NCBI GenBank assembly: GCA_045592405.1
Contig: JAZNUR010000097.1
Location: 7,220-71,219, forward strand
DNA length: 64,000 nt
Direction of reading: 5' to 3'
Origin: Oscillospiraceae bacterium
GTDB taxonomy: Bacteria > Bacillota > Clostridia > Oscillospirales > Ruminococcaceae
The notes beneath the pieces are model-generated. The model worked only from the letters and a program-made list of their open reading frames with translations. It was not told the DNA's origin and did no database searches. Positions 55,898 through 64,000 of this stretch are shown here, piece by piece. Position 1 is the first letter of the stretch. Every line of letters begins with the position of its first letter. Position numbers and translations under genes: made by a program.

Positions 55898-57298
55898 TTA
55901 AAACCTGTAATACAGGAATGCCTTGGTTGTGGCATCCACCAGAAGGATACTGCTCAAAAGAAGAAGCACGACACTGACGATTGTTCCTGTAAAAGAAACT
56001 GCCATCTTTGCACGCAGTGAGCGATCGGATAATTTCTTGGGTATCTCCAAAATCGGAAATGTGCAGATAATCGCTACAATAATCAAGAAGAGATTATTGC
56101 AGAACGAAGCCTGCTCGTAGATGCCAAAGAAACCATTGGAATTGAATAGTGTCAGATTCTTCAGGAAAAGTCCCAATTCGCCCAGATCTTCAAAGTAGAA
56201 AATACCGAATCCTATGATAATGACAAGCTTATTATAGATATGTCTGATCCACAAAGGAATGGCACGCATTTTCTTCTTGCCGATTTTTGTTTCGATCATG
56301 ATAAACATACCATAATACAAGCCCCAGATCACGTAATTCCAGCTTGCACCGTGCCAGATTCCGGTACAGAGCCATACCATGAACAGACTCAGGTATTTAT
56401 TGCGGACGCCAAAGAACGAAAGCGGCAACAGATAATCTCTGAAGAATGACCCAAGAGAAATGTGCCATCTCTGCCAGAATTCCGTAATATCTTTGCAAAG
56501 GAACGGATGATTAAAGTTTTCATCAAAGTGGAAACCGAAGATTCTGCCCAGTCCGATTGCCATATCGGAGTAGCCGGAAAAGTCAAAATAGATATACAGC
56601 GAATAAATAATCACACCATACCATGTTCCGACAACGGTCAGCGTTTCCATTCCCGAACCGAGAGAATCGTCAACAATACGGAACAGCTGATCTGCCAGTA
56701 TCACTTTTTTTGCCAGACCGATCACAAATCTTGTCAGACCACAGCTGAGATCTTCGAGGGTAGTATGCCTGTCATTGATTTCCTCGGCAATGGTGCTGTA
56801 ACGGACGATCGGACCTGCAATCAGCTGTGGGAACAACGAAACGTAGAGCAGGAAATTCAACATATTGCGTTGCGGTTCCACCTTTTCCCAGTAACAGTCA
56901 ATGACATAGGACATGACTTGGAATGTGTAAAAGCTGATTCCGACAAGCTGTGCAATCTGCGGTACGGGAAATTCAGCACCAAAGATGGCATTGATATTTT
57001 CCATCAGAAAGCCGCTGTACTTGAATACACCGATCATGCCAATATTATAAACAAGACTTAAGCCAAGTATCGCTTTGCCGGCTTTGTTTTTATAGCGTGC
57101 AACACCAAGTCCGAAAAAGTAGTTGAGAAATGCACTCAGCAGTAAAAATACAATGCGTGTCGGTTCGCCCCACGCATAGAAAATCAACGAAAAAATAACC
57201 AGTATCAAATTTCGATACCGGATCTGCTTTACCGCTGCATAACTGATCAGGCACAGCGGCAGAAATAAGTAAATGAAAATTAAGCTGGAAAAAATCAT
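55898..57298 (-). CDS. MBOAT-family membrane O-acyltransferase (AlgI/DltB-like)
   Basis: 466-aa polytopic protein with MIFSSLIFIYLFLP N-terminus, FWQRWHISL, and the conserved His region WHGASWNY. Start set at M30 of the track ORF. Confidence 0.85.
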   Translation of the reverse strand: MIFSSLIFIYLFLPLCLISYAAVKQIRYRNLILVIFSLIFYAWGEPTRIVFLLLSAFLNYFFGLGVARYKNKAGKAILGLSLVYNIGMIGVFKYSGFLMENINAIFGAEFPVPQIAQLVGISFYTFQVMSYVIDCYWEKVEPQRNMLNFLLYVSLFPQLIAGPIVRYSTIAEEINDRHTTLEDLSCGLTRFVIGLAKKVILADQLFRIVDDSLGSGMETLTVVGTWYGVIIYSLYIYFDFSGYSDMAIGLGRIFGFHFDENFNHPFLCKDITEFWQRWHISLGSFFRDYLLPLSFFGVRNKYLSLFMVWLCTGIWHGASWNYVIWGLYYGMFIMIETKIGKKKMRAIPLWIRHIYNKLVIIIGFGIFYFEDLGELGLFLKNLTLFNSNGFFGIYEQASFCNNLFLIIVAIICTFPILEIPKKLSDRSLRAKMAVSFTGTIVSVVLLLLSSILLVDATTKAFLYYRF

Positions 57299-57428
57299 TT
57301 TGTACTGCCTCTTGTTCTTTTCTCTATTTTTAGATTTTGTGGAAAACTTGTTTGAAAATGTGCGTTTTTCTACCAAAAAAACCATGGGTTTTGCAACATT
57401 TTGCCTTCAGTTTCATCCCACTATCATT

Positions 57429-57457
57429 ATTATACGTCATTCTTTTTGGATTTTCAA
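57429..57457 (-). promoter_or_regulatory. Sigma-A-type promoter for the MBOAT operon
   Basis: Minus strand has TTGAAA, a 17-nt spacer, then TATAAT, about 125 nt upstream of the ATG. Confidence 0.45.
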
Positions 57458-57541
57458 TAGTAAAATTGAAACTTTAAAATTTTTCAGAAATTTCGTCGAT
57501 TTATACAAAAAGTTGCAAAATCTGACAGTATTTTTCAATAC

Positions 57542-57577
57542 TTTAAAACGCCGCACCTCAATGTCACAGGTGCGGCG
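57542..57577 (-). terminator. Intrinsic terminator after pdxK
   Basis: CGCCGCACCT-N9-AGGTGCGGCG. On the minus strand it is followed by TTTTAAAG. Confidence 0.6.
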
Positions 57578-57586
57578 AAATCTCTG

Positions 57587-58429
57587 TTAAAAACCGGAAT
57601 ATAGTCTTCGGAACAGATATGGAAAGGCTGCTTCATAATGTACACCATACCATCTTGCGTCGTCTGCAACTGCGGTTGCACGGATACTTTCCAAGGTGAA
57701 GTCTTCTGCAAGTCTTGCAGACTGTTCGAGTGACATTCCGCAAAGCAGACCACCGACACAGGTGCTTGCAAATACATCCCCCGTGCCATGAAACTGCTGG
57801 GGGAATTTTTTATGAAAATAAGAGAAATACTGCTTGCGGACAGCATCGTATCCCATGAATCCGACTTCGCTTTCCGCAAAGCTGACACCGGTAAGGATTA
57901 CCATTTTTGTTCCAAAATCGGAAAGCTTCAGCAGAATATCACGAACATAGCTTTCGTCATAGCCGTCGTTGGGGTACGGTACTCCCAATAGACACGCTGC
58001 TTCTGTCATGTTCGGCACAATGATATCCGCTACTTTGCACAATTGTTGCATATGTCGTGGAAACTCGTCGGAAAAGCCACTGTACAGTCTACCGAAGTCC
58101 CCAAGTACCGGATCCACAAAAACAGATGTTTCGGCATTTCGGAACTGTGAGATGATGTTCTGCACGATCGCTACCTGTTCCACCGATCCGAGATAGCCGG
58201 TATAGATCGCATCAAATTCGATCCTCTGCTGTTTCCATTGGTCGGCAATGGACTGCATCTGTGCTGTCAGATCAAGAAATGTATAATCATTGAATGCAGT
58301 ATGTGTGGACAGTACTGCTGTGGGAAGAATTACAGTTTCAATCCCCATTGCTGACAGAATCGGCAATGCAGCTGTAACGGAGCATTTCCCTGCACAGGAG
58401 ATATCCTGAATTGTCAGAATTCGTTTCAT
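57587..58429 (-). CDS. pdxK: Pyridoxal/pyridoxamine kinase
   Basis: ILTIQDISCAGKCS N-terminus and a ribokinase-fold C-terminal GTGDVFAS motif. Confidence 0.85.
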   Translation of the reverse strand: MKRILTIQDISCAGKCSVTAALPILSAMGIETVILPTAVLSTHTAFNDYTFLDLTAQMQSIADQWKQQRIEFDAIYTGYLGSVEQVAIVQNIISQFRNAETSVFVDPVLGDFGRLYSGFSDEFPRHMQQLCKVADIIVPNMTEAACLLGVPYPNDGYDESYVRDILLKLSDFGTKMVILTGVSFAESEVGFMGYDAVRKQYFSYFHKKFPQQFHGTGDVFASTCVGGLLCGMSLEQSARLAEDFTLESIRATAVADDARWYGVHYEAAFPYLFRRLYSGF

Positions 58430-58512
58430 GGTATGCCTCCTTTTTCGACTCTATTATTATAGATGATTTCTGTACGAAAGTCAATGGTTTTCTGACAGAA
58501 ACGCAAAAATAT

Positions 58513-58541
58513 TTGACATTCTTCGTAATTCCTGTTATAAT
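58513..58541 (+). promoter_or_regulatory. Sigma-A-type promoter for the ABC-F gene
   Basis: TTGACA, a 17-nt spacer, then TATAAT. Confidence 0.55.
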
Positions 58542-58571
58542 TAAATTTAGTGTAAATAAGGGGTGAGAACG

Positions 58572-60485
58572 ATGCTTTTAAAAGCAGTTAACATTCATAA
58601 AATATATAATGGCATTCCGTTGATTTCCAATGTCAATTTGCAGATTGACGATCAGGACAGAATCGGTTTGATTGGTGCGAACGGCTGTGGTAAATCCACG
58701 CTGCTGAAGATTCTGCTTGGTGAGGTTCTTCCCGATCGTGAGACGGAGAACGAAGGTATCATTATCCGTGGTTCAAGAACTTCCGTGGGATATCTGGCAC
58801 AGTCCGCTGCACTGGACTCAGAAAAGACAGTCTGGGAGGAGATGCGTGGTGTTTTCGCAGCACTTCTGGAAACTCAGGAGAAAATGCGGGAAGCGGAACA
58901 GCAAATGCAAAGCGGCAATATGGAAATTGCTGCGGAATATGACCGCATGATGGCGTGGTTTGAGGCAAATGACGGCTATCAGATCGACGTGAAAATCAAG
59001 ACGGTACTGCACGGCATGGGATTCACCGAACCGGAATTTCATCGGGAAGTGTCAAGCTTCAGCGGCGGTGAGAAAACCAGACTTGCCATCACCAAGCTTT
59101 TGCTGGAAGCTCCGAATCTTCTGGTTCTTGATGAACCTACAAACCATCTGGATTTTGAAACGATACAATGGCTGGAGGAATACTTGCAGAGTTACAAGGG
59201 GGCATTGCTGATCGTTTCCCATGATCGTTACTTTCTTGATAAACTTGCAACCTCTATCTGTGAAATTGAACGTGGTAAACTGACAAGATTCAAAGGAAAT
59301 TATTCCTCCTATACCGTGCAGAAAGCAGCTGCTGTGGAACGACAGGAAAAGGAATATGCTCTGCAGCAAAAGGAAATTGCCAAGCTTGAGGATTACGTTG
59401 CAAGAAACTTAGTACGTGCATCCACTTCCAAAAGTGCACAGAGCCGTCAGAAACAGCTTGACCGCATGGAACGAATTGAAAAGCCCGTTACGCATGAAAA
59501 ACGAGCAAATCTGAAATTCTCCTATGAAGTGGAACCCCCTCTGGATGTGTTGGAGGTAAGGGATGCGGATATTTCCGTAGGTGAAGGGCTTGACAGAAAA
59601 ACACTGCTTCGGAATATCAGCTTTGCGATCCGCAGGGGTGAAAAGCTGGGCATTGTCGGAGTAAATGGCATCGGCAAATCGACGCTGCTCAAGGAAATTA
59701 TGAATCTGCTTCCCCATCAGGGACTCATCCGATTCAACAAGAATGTAAAGCTTGCGTATTTTGATCAGGAGAGTACAAATCTGAATCCGGATAACACTGT
59801 AATCGACGAGCTGCATGACAGATTCCCCGCAATGCTGGATGGCGAAATACGAGGCATTCTCGGGCAAGTTCGCATTACAGGTGAAAATGTATTCAAGCGG
59901 ATTTCTGCATTGAGCGGCGGCGAACGTGCGAGAGTGTGCTTTGCACTCCTCATGCTTGAACACGCAAATGTGATGCTCCTTGACGAACCGACGAACCATA
60001 TTGATCTTCCAATGAAGGAAGTGCTGGAGGAGGCTTTGGATGCCTATACCGGAACACTGCTGTTTGTTTCCCATGACCGTTACTTCCTCAAACGGCTTGC
60101 AACACAGATTCTGGAGCTGACAGAAAATGCTGCGATTCTGCATCCCTACGGTTTTGAGCAATATCTGGAAGAAAAGGCAAAACTCAAATCCGCTGCTCTT
60201 GCAGCGGCACAGCAAGCTGTTGTACAAACAAAACCGAAGGCAGCAGCACCACATCGTTCAAAGGCTCAGCGTAGTGCGGATGCAGCAAGACGCAATCGCA
60301 TCAGAGAACTCGAACAGACAATTGAACAACTGGATCAGAAGATTTCTGAACTCGAAACAAATCTTACACTTCCGGAGATCTGTACGGATTATCAGAAAAT
60401 GCATGATGTTTGTGCGGAGTTGGAACAGGCAAAAATTCAGTCAGAAGAATGCTTTTTGGAATTGTGCGAGCTGGAAGATGTTTAA
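58572..60485 (+). CDS. ABC-F family ATPase (two ABC domains, no TM domain)
   Basis: GANGCGKST and GVNGIGKST Walker A motifs, LSGGEK and LSGGER signatures, an inter-domain linker, and a C-terminal coiled-coil. Confidence 0.9.
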   Translation: MLLKAVNIHKIYNGIPLISNVNLQIDDQDRIGLIGANGCGKSTLLKILLGEVLPDRETENEGIIIRGSRTSVGYLAQSAALDSEKTVWEEMRGVFAALLETQEKMREAEQQMQSGNMEIAAEYDRMMAWFEANDGYQIDVKIKTVLHGMGFTEPEFHREVSSFSGGEKTRLAITKLLLEAPNLLVLDEPTNHLDFETIQWLEEYLQSYKGALLIVSHDRYFLDKLATSICEIERGKLTRFKGNYSSYTVQKAAAVERQEKEYALQQKEIAKLEDYVARNLVRASTSKSAQSRQKQLDRMERIEKPVTHEKRANLKFSYEVEPPLDVLEVRDADISVGEGLDRKTLLRNISFAIRRGEKLGIVGVNGIGKSTLLKEIMNLLPHQGLIRFNKNVKLAYFDQESTNLNPDNTVIDELHDRFPAMLDGEIRGILGQVRITGENVFKRISALSGGERARVCFALLMLEHANVMLLDEPTNHIDLPMKEVLEEALDAYTGTLLFVSHDRYFLKRLATQILELTENAAILHPYGFEQYLEEKAKLKSAALAAAQQAVVQTKPKAAAPHRSKAQRSADAARRNRIRELEQTIEQLDQKISELETNLTLPEICTDYQKMHDVCAELEQAKIQSEECFLELCELEDV

Positions 60486-60685
60486 ATAATACACTTTTTG
60501 TGTTATTTTGTACACCTATTTTGTGCAATAGTGACAGCGGATCATACTTCTTTGTTTTTAAATTTGTGCGTTTTGCATATTGCACTTTTTAAAAAAATCG
60601 TGTATGATTATAGTAACACAGGAATTTGGATGAAATTCCAAAATATACCTGTTAACGAATGGAAATGCAGAAAAGAGGAGTATTT

Positions 60686-61492
60686 ATGAAAATGAAGAAG
60701 TATTTTGCTGCACTGATAGCAGTTACACTGATGTGCGGTGCTTTTACGGCGTGCAATGGCGGGACAGAATCTCAGCCGGAATCCGTTGCTGAAACCCAAG
60801 CTACAACAGAAGCAACCACTGAGGCAACGACAGAAGCAGAGCCTGAAGAAGTAACACAAGCAACTGAGCCCCAGCTTGAGCAGAAGGTAGTTCCGCAGCC
60901 CGGTCAGGCTTATCTTGCGATTGCTGATTCCCAGTGGTGGATTCAGTACATGGGCAAGGAAGAAAATATGCTGGCTTACAATGCAGGTGTTGCAGATATT
61001 ACCGGAAATGGTTCCTATACTGTCAGCGTAACTGCTGATACCAACGGCTTCCGTTACGACACAACAGGCGATGTAAACGGTGAAGTTACTCCCAGCGGTG
61101 TGGTATTTACAGCTGTTATCATCAAGGATGGCGAAACAGTTTGTCCCGACGCCATCATTACCATTGACAGCATCGTGATTGACGGTGAAGAAATCGAAAT
61201 GGTGAAGAAGAATGTTACCAATACCGAAGAAGGCTGCATTCGTTCCAACATTTACAATTCCTATGTAAATACATTGCCGGGTGATGCAAGAACTGCAGAT
61301 GGTCCGCTGTTCAAGGATTCCGATGCCAGCCAGCCTCTTGTGGACAATACCGATGATTACTCCGCACAGATCATTGATCCGTCTTCTTACAATGCTTGGA
61401 CAACTGTTGAAGTCAACTTCACAGTTTCGGGTATGGATGACGCAGGTGCAGGTCAGCCCGCTGCTGAGGGCGAAGGTCCCATCGTAGAATAA
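60686..61492 (+). CDS. Secreted lipoprotein, function unknown
   Basis: Signal peptide with lipobox (LMCGAFTAC), a TEATTEATTEAEPEE linker, and RBS AGAGGAG. Preferred over the 413-aa antisense ORF in the track. Confidence 0.6.
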   Translation: MKMKKYFAALIAVTLMCGAFTACNGGTESQPESVAETQATTEATTEATTEAEPEEVTQATEPQLEQKVVPQPGQAYLAIADSQWWIQYMGKEENMLAYNAGVADITGNGSYTVSVTADTNGFRYDTTGDVNGEVTPSGVVFTAVIIKDGETVCPDAIITIDSIVIDGEEIEMVKKNVTNTEEGCIRSNIYNSYVNTLPGDARTADGPLFKDSDASQPLVDNTDDYSAQIIDPSSYNAWTTVEVNFTVSGMDDAGAGQPAAEGEGPIVE

Positions 61493-61504
61493 TTTGTTTT
61501 CTGT

Positions 61505-61534
61505 AAACGCCGGCAGGATTTTGCCGGCGTTTTT
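61505..61534 (+). terminator. Intrinsic terminator after the lipoprotein gene
   Basis: AAACGCCGGCA-N6-TGCCGGCGTTT followed by TT. Confidence 0.7.
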
Positions 61535-61549
61535 GATAAGGAGGTTCTC

Positions 61550-61750
61550 ATGGCTGTAAAATTGAATGAAAATCAAGAAATCGTCAATCAGGTTAAGGAA
61601 GGTTTGAAGCAAACCGGCGGATACTGTCCGTGCAGACTTGAACGAACTGACGAGAACAAATGCATTTGTAAAGAATTTCGTGAACAGATCGCTGATCCGA
61701 ATTTTGAGGGTTACTGTCATTGTATGCTGTATTACAAGGATAACAAATGA
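61550..61750 (+). CDS. Mini protein resembling the ferredoxin-thioredoxin reductase catalytic subunit
   Basis: 66 aa carrying a CPC...CIC...CHC cysteine pattern (GGYCPCRLERTDENKCICKEFREQIADPNFEGYCHCMLY). RBS AAGGAGG. Confidence 0.6.
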   Translation: MAVKLNENQEIVNQVKEGLKQTGGYCPCRLERTDENKCICKEFREQIADPNFEGYCHCMLYYKDNK

Positions 61751-61998
61751 TAAATCATACGTTTTTGTAATTCGAATTCGACATGAAATAGATGAAATTT
61801 CTGTTTTCAATATGTTTCCCACACTATTTTCAAAAATGGGTGGGGACATTCAAACAGGAATATTGTATATTTATTTATAGTACTTAATGTATTTATTCTA
61901 CATATTTTCGTAATGCGTTAATGCGTCAAGGGTGGTCAACTCTTTCGAGCAATCCATTTTTGACAAAGAGACACCGCATTCAGCAGAAAGGATGAGTT

Positions 61999-64000
61999 AT
62001 GAAAAAACATCGTATCAAGGCACTTGTAATCAGTGCATTCCTTGCAGTACAGCTAGGTGGAATCCCTGCATCCGCTTTGTATGTGGATCATCAACCCCTG
62101 CATTCAACCAGAAGCAAAATGGCGATGCTTGCAGAGGGGGCACAACGTAATTATGTCAACTTTTATGGAGGAATCTCTGAAAAGGCAAAAAATGCCGTCC
62201 TGCCCGAACGGTATGATTTACGTGAACAGGGACTTGTGACAGCGGTAAAGGATCAGTGGGATTATGGCACTTGCTGGTCATTTTCTGCTCTTGCCTCTCT
62301 CGAAAGCTCTATGATCGCAGAAGATCCCACGGTTGATCTTTCTGAATGGATTCTTGCCTATGCTACCTATTGTGATGAATTCGGATTTCCTTGGGAACCT
62401 GATGATGAGAATAAGCATAACCTGTTTTACGAAGGAGGCTTATACCACTACACTTCTGCTATGCTGATGAGCGGTGTGGGAAGTGTGAACGAAGCATATC
62501 AGGACTATTGGTATGGCAACTCTGAGATCGAGGGATGCGGTTATACAGCAGATGACTGGCGTAATGCACGTTATTGTCAGGCAACGAATTGTATTAAGAT
62601 GCCGTACTGGCAGAATGCTTCTGATTTTAAAGATCAAATTAAGGCTGTCAAGAATGCAATTTATGAGGGACATGTTCTTTCGATCAACTATGAGCACGAT
62701 GAATTCTATTTTGATCCTGATAAAAACAGTTATTGTTATACTTACGGTGGCAGTGGTGAAGCGGTTGGCAGTAACAAAACCGGAGATGAATTTGCTCATT
62801 CTGTTGCAATTGTAGGATGGGACGATAATTTCCCTGCGGAAAACTTTATCCATCAGCCTTCTTCAGACGGTGCATGGCTCTGTAAGAACAGCTGGGGAAC
62901 TGAATGGGGAGATTATGGATATTTTTGGATTTCCTACGAGGATGAGAGTATATGGGACGTTTTCTATTTAGAAGCTGGTCCTGTCAGCAAATACGAAGAT
63001 ATCGCACAGTATGATTTGTATGGTTTTTCCAGTTCTGTAATGCTGGGTGACGATGATGATGGAAATGAATCCATTTATGGAGCGAATGTATTCACTGCAG
63101 AAGAGGATTGTTATGTAACTGCTGTCATGCTCTGCACAGCCATGGTGGACGAGGATTACGAAATCATTGTATACAGTGGATTAACCGATGAAAACAATCC
63201 AAGTTCCGGTACCCCCTCCCCTGTGACTTCCGGCCATTTATCAGAAGTAGGTTATCATACCATTGATTTGGAAGAACCCGTTTTTGTTGCGGCCGGTGAT
63301 TCCTATGCAGTAACAGTTAAATACAGTGGTGAAGTTGGGTATCATCTGGCATGTACAGGTACGAATTGTGGCACCATTTGCTACAACGATGGATCCGAGG
63401 AAATCACAAAGGATGTGTTGTTCGATCTGCTTTCTGACACACGAAAGTCGGGACAAAGCTTTTGCAGCTTAGACGGAAACACTTGGGATGATCTTTATGA
63501 TGTGGGGTATAGTTTCGAAGAGAGCGAATATGAACTCGGACAGGATGACATCGACTGGTATCTTAATGATATGGGAAAGTATCCGACAAAATTCAGATAT
63601 GAGGGTATTAATGCCAATATCTGTCTGAAATCCTTCACACAACCTGCAAACAAGGTGATTTTCTCTGAAGAAGATGATGAAATTCCGATTGGTACAGAAA
63701 TTTCTTTGTCCAGCCGTATTGATGGAGATATATACTACTGTGTGAATGGTGGAGAAGCACTTTTGTATACTGAGCCGATTACATTCACCGGCGAAGATAT
63801 GTTCCTGAGTGCATATATAGACGGCAGCGATTCTGACGAACCTTGCAGTATGCATTACAAGGCAGAAAAACCCATGCTTTCAAGTTTGCTCTTTATTGAA
63901 CCGAGTGATGAAAGTGATTACCTTTCATATATTGCATTACAAAATGGTATATATGAATTCCCATCCTATGAACAAACGGAAACAGTAACATTGCTTCCGA
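61999..64000 (+). CDS. Secreted papain-family (C1A) cysteine peptidase with C-terminal extension, truncated by the window edge
   Basis: Not in the ORF track because there is no stop. I checked codon by codon that the frame is open from the ATG at 61999 to 64000. It has a signal peptide MKKHRIKALVISAFLAVQLGGIPASA, the catalytic Cys in DQWDYGTCWSFSA, His in AHSVAIVGWDD, Asn/Trp in KNSWGTEWG, and a later IYYCVNGGE..YTEPITF chitobiase-C-like module. Confidence 0.8.
   Translation, partial: MKKHRIKALVISAFLAVQLGGIPASALYVDHQPLHSTRSKMAMLAEGAQRNYVNFYGGISEKAKNAVLPERYDLREQGLVTAVKDQWDYGTCWSFSALASLESSMIAEDPTVDLSEWILAYATYCDEFGFPWEPDDENKHNLFYEGGLYHYTSAMLMSGVGSVNEAYQDYWYGNSEIEGCGYTADDWRNARYCQATNCIKMPYWQNASDFKDQIKAVKNAIYEGHVLSINYEHDEFYFDPDKNSYCYTYGGSGEAVGSNKTGDEFAHSVAIVGWDDNFPAENFIHQPSSDGAWLCKNSWGTEWGDYGYFWISYEDESIWDVFYLEAGPVSKYEDIAQYDLYGFSSSVMLGDDDDGNESIYGANVFTAEEDCYVTAVMLCTAMVDEDYEIIVYSGLTDENNPSSGTPSPVTSGHLSEVGYHTIDLEEPVFVAAGDSYAVTVKYSGEVGYHLACTGTNCGTICYNDGSEEITKDVLFDLLSDTRKSGQSFCSLDGNTWDDLYDVGYSFEESEYELGQDDIDWYLNDMGKYPTKFRYEGINANICLKSFTQPANKVIFSEEDDEIPIGTEISLSSRIDGDIYYCVNGGEALLYTEPITFTGEDMFLSAYIDGSDSDEPCSMHYKAEKPMLSSLLFIEPSDESDYLSYIALQNGIYEFPSYEQTETVTLLP

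Noticed and set aside
57380-57400. Mini hairpin AAAACC-CAT-GGTTTT plus a T-run in the MBOAT operon leader, considered as an attenuator
   Set aside because: It has only 6 mostly A-U base pairs and is unlikely to terminate transcription.
60608-61849. 413-aa minus-strand ORF spanning the lipoprotein and FTR-like genes
   Set aside because: It runs through a strong plus-strand terminator and two plus-strand genes that have RBS and lipobox or cysteine motifs. The product is Cys/Ile/Asn-rich with no motifs.
1-64000. Searched by eye for CRISPR repeats, tRNA/rRNA genes, IS elements, integrases and phage structural genes
   Set aside because: None were found. All intergenic regions over 100 nt were read, and they are explained by promoters, leaders or terminators. 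A covariance-model scan (tRNAscan, Infernal) would be needed to exclude small RNAs formally.

Overview
This 64-kb window is chromosomal DNA from a moderate-GC Firmicute of the class Clostridia. By inference it is a cellulosome-producing Ruminococcus-type organism: it has dockerin-bearing GH9 and GH16 enzymes, GH3 and GH5 genes, WhiA, and Firmicute-style T-box, THF and preQ1 leaders. I support about 60 protein-coding genes. Two run off the window edges and are missing from the ORF track: a membrane protein at 1-255(-) and a papain-like peptidase at 61999-64000(+).

Layout:
- Housekeeping minus-strand block (1-14.4 kb): proC, folT, pfkA, dnaE, whiA, rapZ, murB, hprK, an Rnf-like membrane triad, rpe.
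- Mixed accessory region (14.7-41 kb): FGGY kinase, flippase, YhfC-SdpR-SdpI module, GH3, luxS, EamA, GH5, AraC, tandem-GH16 dockerin protein, ECF sigma/anti-sigma pair, KAP NTPase, T-box-trpB, DHH phosphoesterase, GH9, YolD plus Y-family polymerase.
- Complete queuosine-precursor operon (41.5-45.2 kb).
- Translation and cofactor genes: prfA, tsaC, coaE.
- An MBOAT-DHHW-FkbH-ACP operon (52.4-57.3 kb).
- pdxK, an ABC-F ATPase, a lipoprotein, and a mini ferredoxin-thioredoxin-reductase-like gene.

I found no rRNA, tRNA, CRISPR array, transposase or prophage genes.

The candidates most worth a second look are:
1. The Dlt-like acylation relay in which an FkbH-type loader replaces DltA.
2. A stand-alone AT-rich KAP P-loop NTPase gene.
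3. An orphan RnfD/E/A-like triad that has lost most of the Fe-S cysteines.
4. The YhfC-SdpR-SdpI module with twin palindromic operators.
5. An anti-sigma factor with three tandem 79-aa ectodomain repeats.

All calls come from reading motifs by eye. No database search or folding calculation was run. Many start codons were re-assigned from the ORF track using RBS position and homologue N-termini, and they remain provisional.
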